64,000 nucleotides of DNA from an uncultured Gammaproteobacteria bacterium. Lineage in GTDB: Bacteria > Patescibacteriota > Patescibacteriia > Magasanikbacterales > JBBTQS01. Position numbers and translations under genes: made by a program. Below, piece by piece: positions 63,118-64,000 of this stretch. How positions within the stretch are numbered: position 1 is the first letter of the stretch; every line of letters begins with the position of its first letter. The stretch is taken from contig OZ246400.1 of NCBI GenBank assembly GCA_965230935.1, positions 87,222 to 151,221 of the forward strand, written 5' to 3'. The notes under the pieces are model-generated. The model worked only from the letters and a program-made list of their open reading frames with translations. It was not told the origin of the DNA and ran no database searches.

Positions 63118-64000
63118 ATGTATCAAGATGAAATTGACAAAATTGAAGCTGAGGTCACAGAGGAGGTTGCATTGAGGCCGATTACAATATCAGAACTGTT
63201 GACTCAGACTTTTGATGATGTAGAGTGGATTGTCGATGGTCTAATCCCAGCAGAGAGTATTGTGATTCTGTCAGGGCAGCCAGCTTGTTACAAGACTTGG
63301 ATCCTGCTTGAATTTGCAATTCAAATCGCGCAAGGTCTGCCAGTATTCAAGCATTTCGATTCAGAGAAAACAGGAGTGCTCATAGTTGACGAAGAGTCTG
63401 GTGCACGATTACTACAGAAGAGGATAAAAAGTATGTGGACCTCTGTTTGTGGAGATGTGCCAATACATATTTTGAGTTACGCAAATTTTTCCGTGAAAGA
63501 AAATACTATTGAGCACCTAATTCGGTATTCTCAGGAAAAAGGAATAGGGTTAGTAATATTTGATTCATTAGTACGCATACACAAATCAGATGAAAATGAC
63601 GCTTCTGGGATGTCCAGAGTCTTCAGCGAACTAAGACGATTCAACAAGGCCAATATTTCCGTATTGCTGGCACACCACCACAGGAAAAGAAGCAAAGACG
63701 GTATAAAAATGGATCAATCCCAGGAGATGCGTGGTAGCTCTGATATCTTGGCAGCCGTGGACAGTCATGTGGCTGTAACAAAAAGAGATGGACATGTTGT
63801 TATGCAGCAAACAAAGATGAGGTATAGAGAGGAGGTTTCACCATTTAAGGTGAATATCATAAGTGAGAACGAATCATTTGCTTTCGAATATGGTGGCGAA
63901 ATAGATGAAATCAATGATAAGAAAAGTGACTTTAAGGCAGCGATAATGGCTTTTCTCGAAGGATCTGAGAATCTTTTGTATAAGGGGGAGCTATATGCGT
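63118..64000 (+). CDS. RepA/AAA_25-like RecA-fold ATPase (partial, runs off window)
   Basis: DGLIPAESIVILSGQPACYKTWILLEFAIQIAQG resembles the AAA_25 Walker-A context of plasmid/phage RepA-like helicase loaders. Walker B-like LVIFDSL. No stop codon before the window end. Confidence 0.5.
   Translation, partial: MYQDEIDKIEAEVTEEVALRPITISELLTQTFDDVEWIVDGLIPAESIVILSGQPACYKTWILLEFAIQIAQGLPVFKHFDSEKTGVLIVDEESGARLLQKRIKSMWTSVCGDVPIHILSYANFSVKENTIEHLIRYSQEKGIGLVIFDSLVRIHKSDENDASGMSRVFSELRRFNKANISVLLAHHHRKRSKDGIKMDQSQEMRGSSDILAAVDSHVAVTKRDGHVVMQQTKMRYREEVSPFKVNIISENESFAFEYGGEIDEINDKKSDFKAAIMAFLEGSENLLYKGELYA

Larger units (their letters stand above)
51405..64000. mobile_element. Accessory region: repeat-delimited cassette array plus an integrated plasmid/phage-like replicon module (right boundary outside window)
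   Basis: Composition and gene content change after 51.4 kb. Content: a repeat family, a nucleotidyltransferase, an HNH-like protein, a serine recombinase, a ParB-like protein, a CHC2 primase zinc-finger protein and a RepA-like ATPase. A divergent control region is present. Confidence 0.5.

Noticed and set aside
1-64000. CRISPR arrays or cas genes
   Set aside because: No array of regularly spaced identical 24-48-bp repeats was seen anywhere. The only multi-copy repeats are the four irregularly spaced cassette-junction elements, each separated by kilobases of coding DNA.

Overview
This window is a low-GC (about 40-45% by eye), gene-dense bacterial chromosome segment. Genes are short and closely packed, and several adjacent pairs overlap by 1-4 nt at ATGA junctions. 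From 1.3 kb to 51.4 kb the content is mostly housekeeping, with several visibly GC-rich islets (listed under findings). It holds four tandem GT2 glycosyltransferases plus a sugar nucleotidyltransferase, then murA, an S41 protease and three late riboflavin genes (a kinase domain, ribE, ribH). It also holds era, rplI, pyrG, dcd, an ECF sigma factor with a membrane anti-sigma-like partner, rpmA, mraY-ftsW-murG, a RimK-like ligase, a P-type ATPase, a parvulin PPIase, pyrD, a Na+/H+ antiporter, ftsEX, dusB, tdk, a SerA-like dehydrogenase, an ABC exporter and a Pif1-like helicase. Four tRNAs are present: Lys-TTT, Gly-CCC, Thr-CGT and Gln-TTG. I cannot confirm the lineage, but the contiguous mraY-ftsW-murG with no murD between, the extended L27 and the many small membrane proteins fit a reduced-genome organism such as a Patescibacteria/CPR-like bacterium. 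Two parts stand out. The first is a roughly 1 kb GC-rich non-coding unit (37.73-38.76 kb) with a near-consensus sigma70 promoter and a hairpin plus T-tract terminator, which is a candidate large structured RNA of unknown family. The second is an accessory block from about 51.4 kb to the window end. In it a family of four roughly 35-80 bp direct repeats separates single-gene or two-gene cassettes: a GC-rich convergent pair, an ANT(2'')/LinB-like nucleotidyltransferase, an unknown protein and an HNH-motif protein. A mobile or replicon module follows: a large serine recombinase, a ParB-like protein, a Cys-rich tandem-repeat secreted protein, an Excalibur lipoprotein, a divergent control region, a CHC2 zinc-finger primase-like protein and a RepA/AAA_25-like ATPase that runs off the window.
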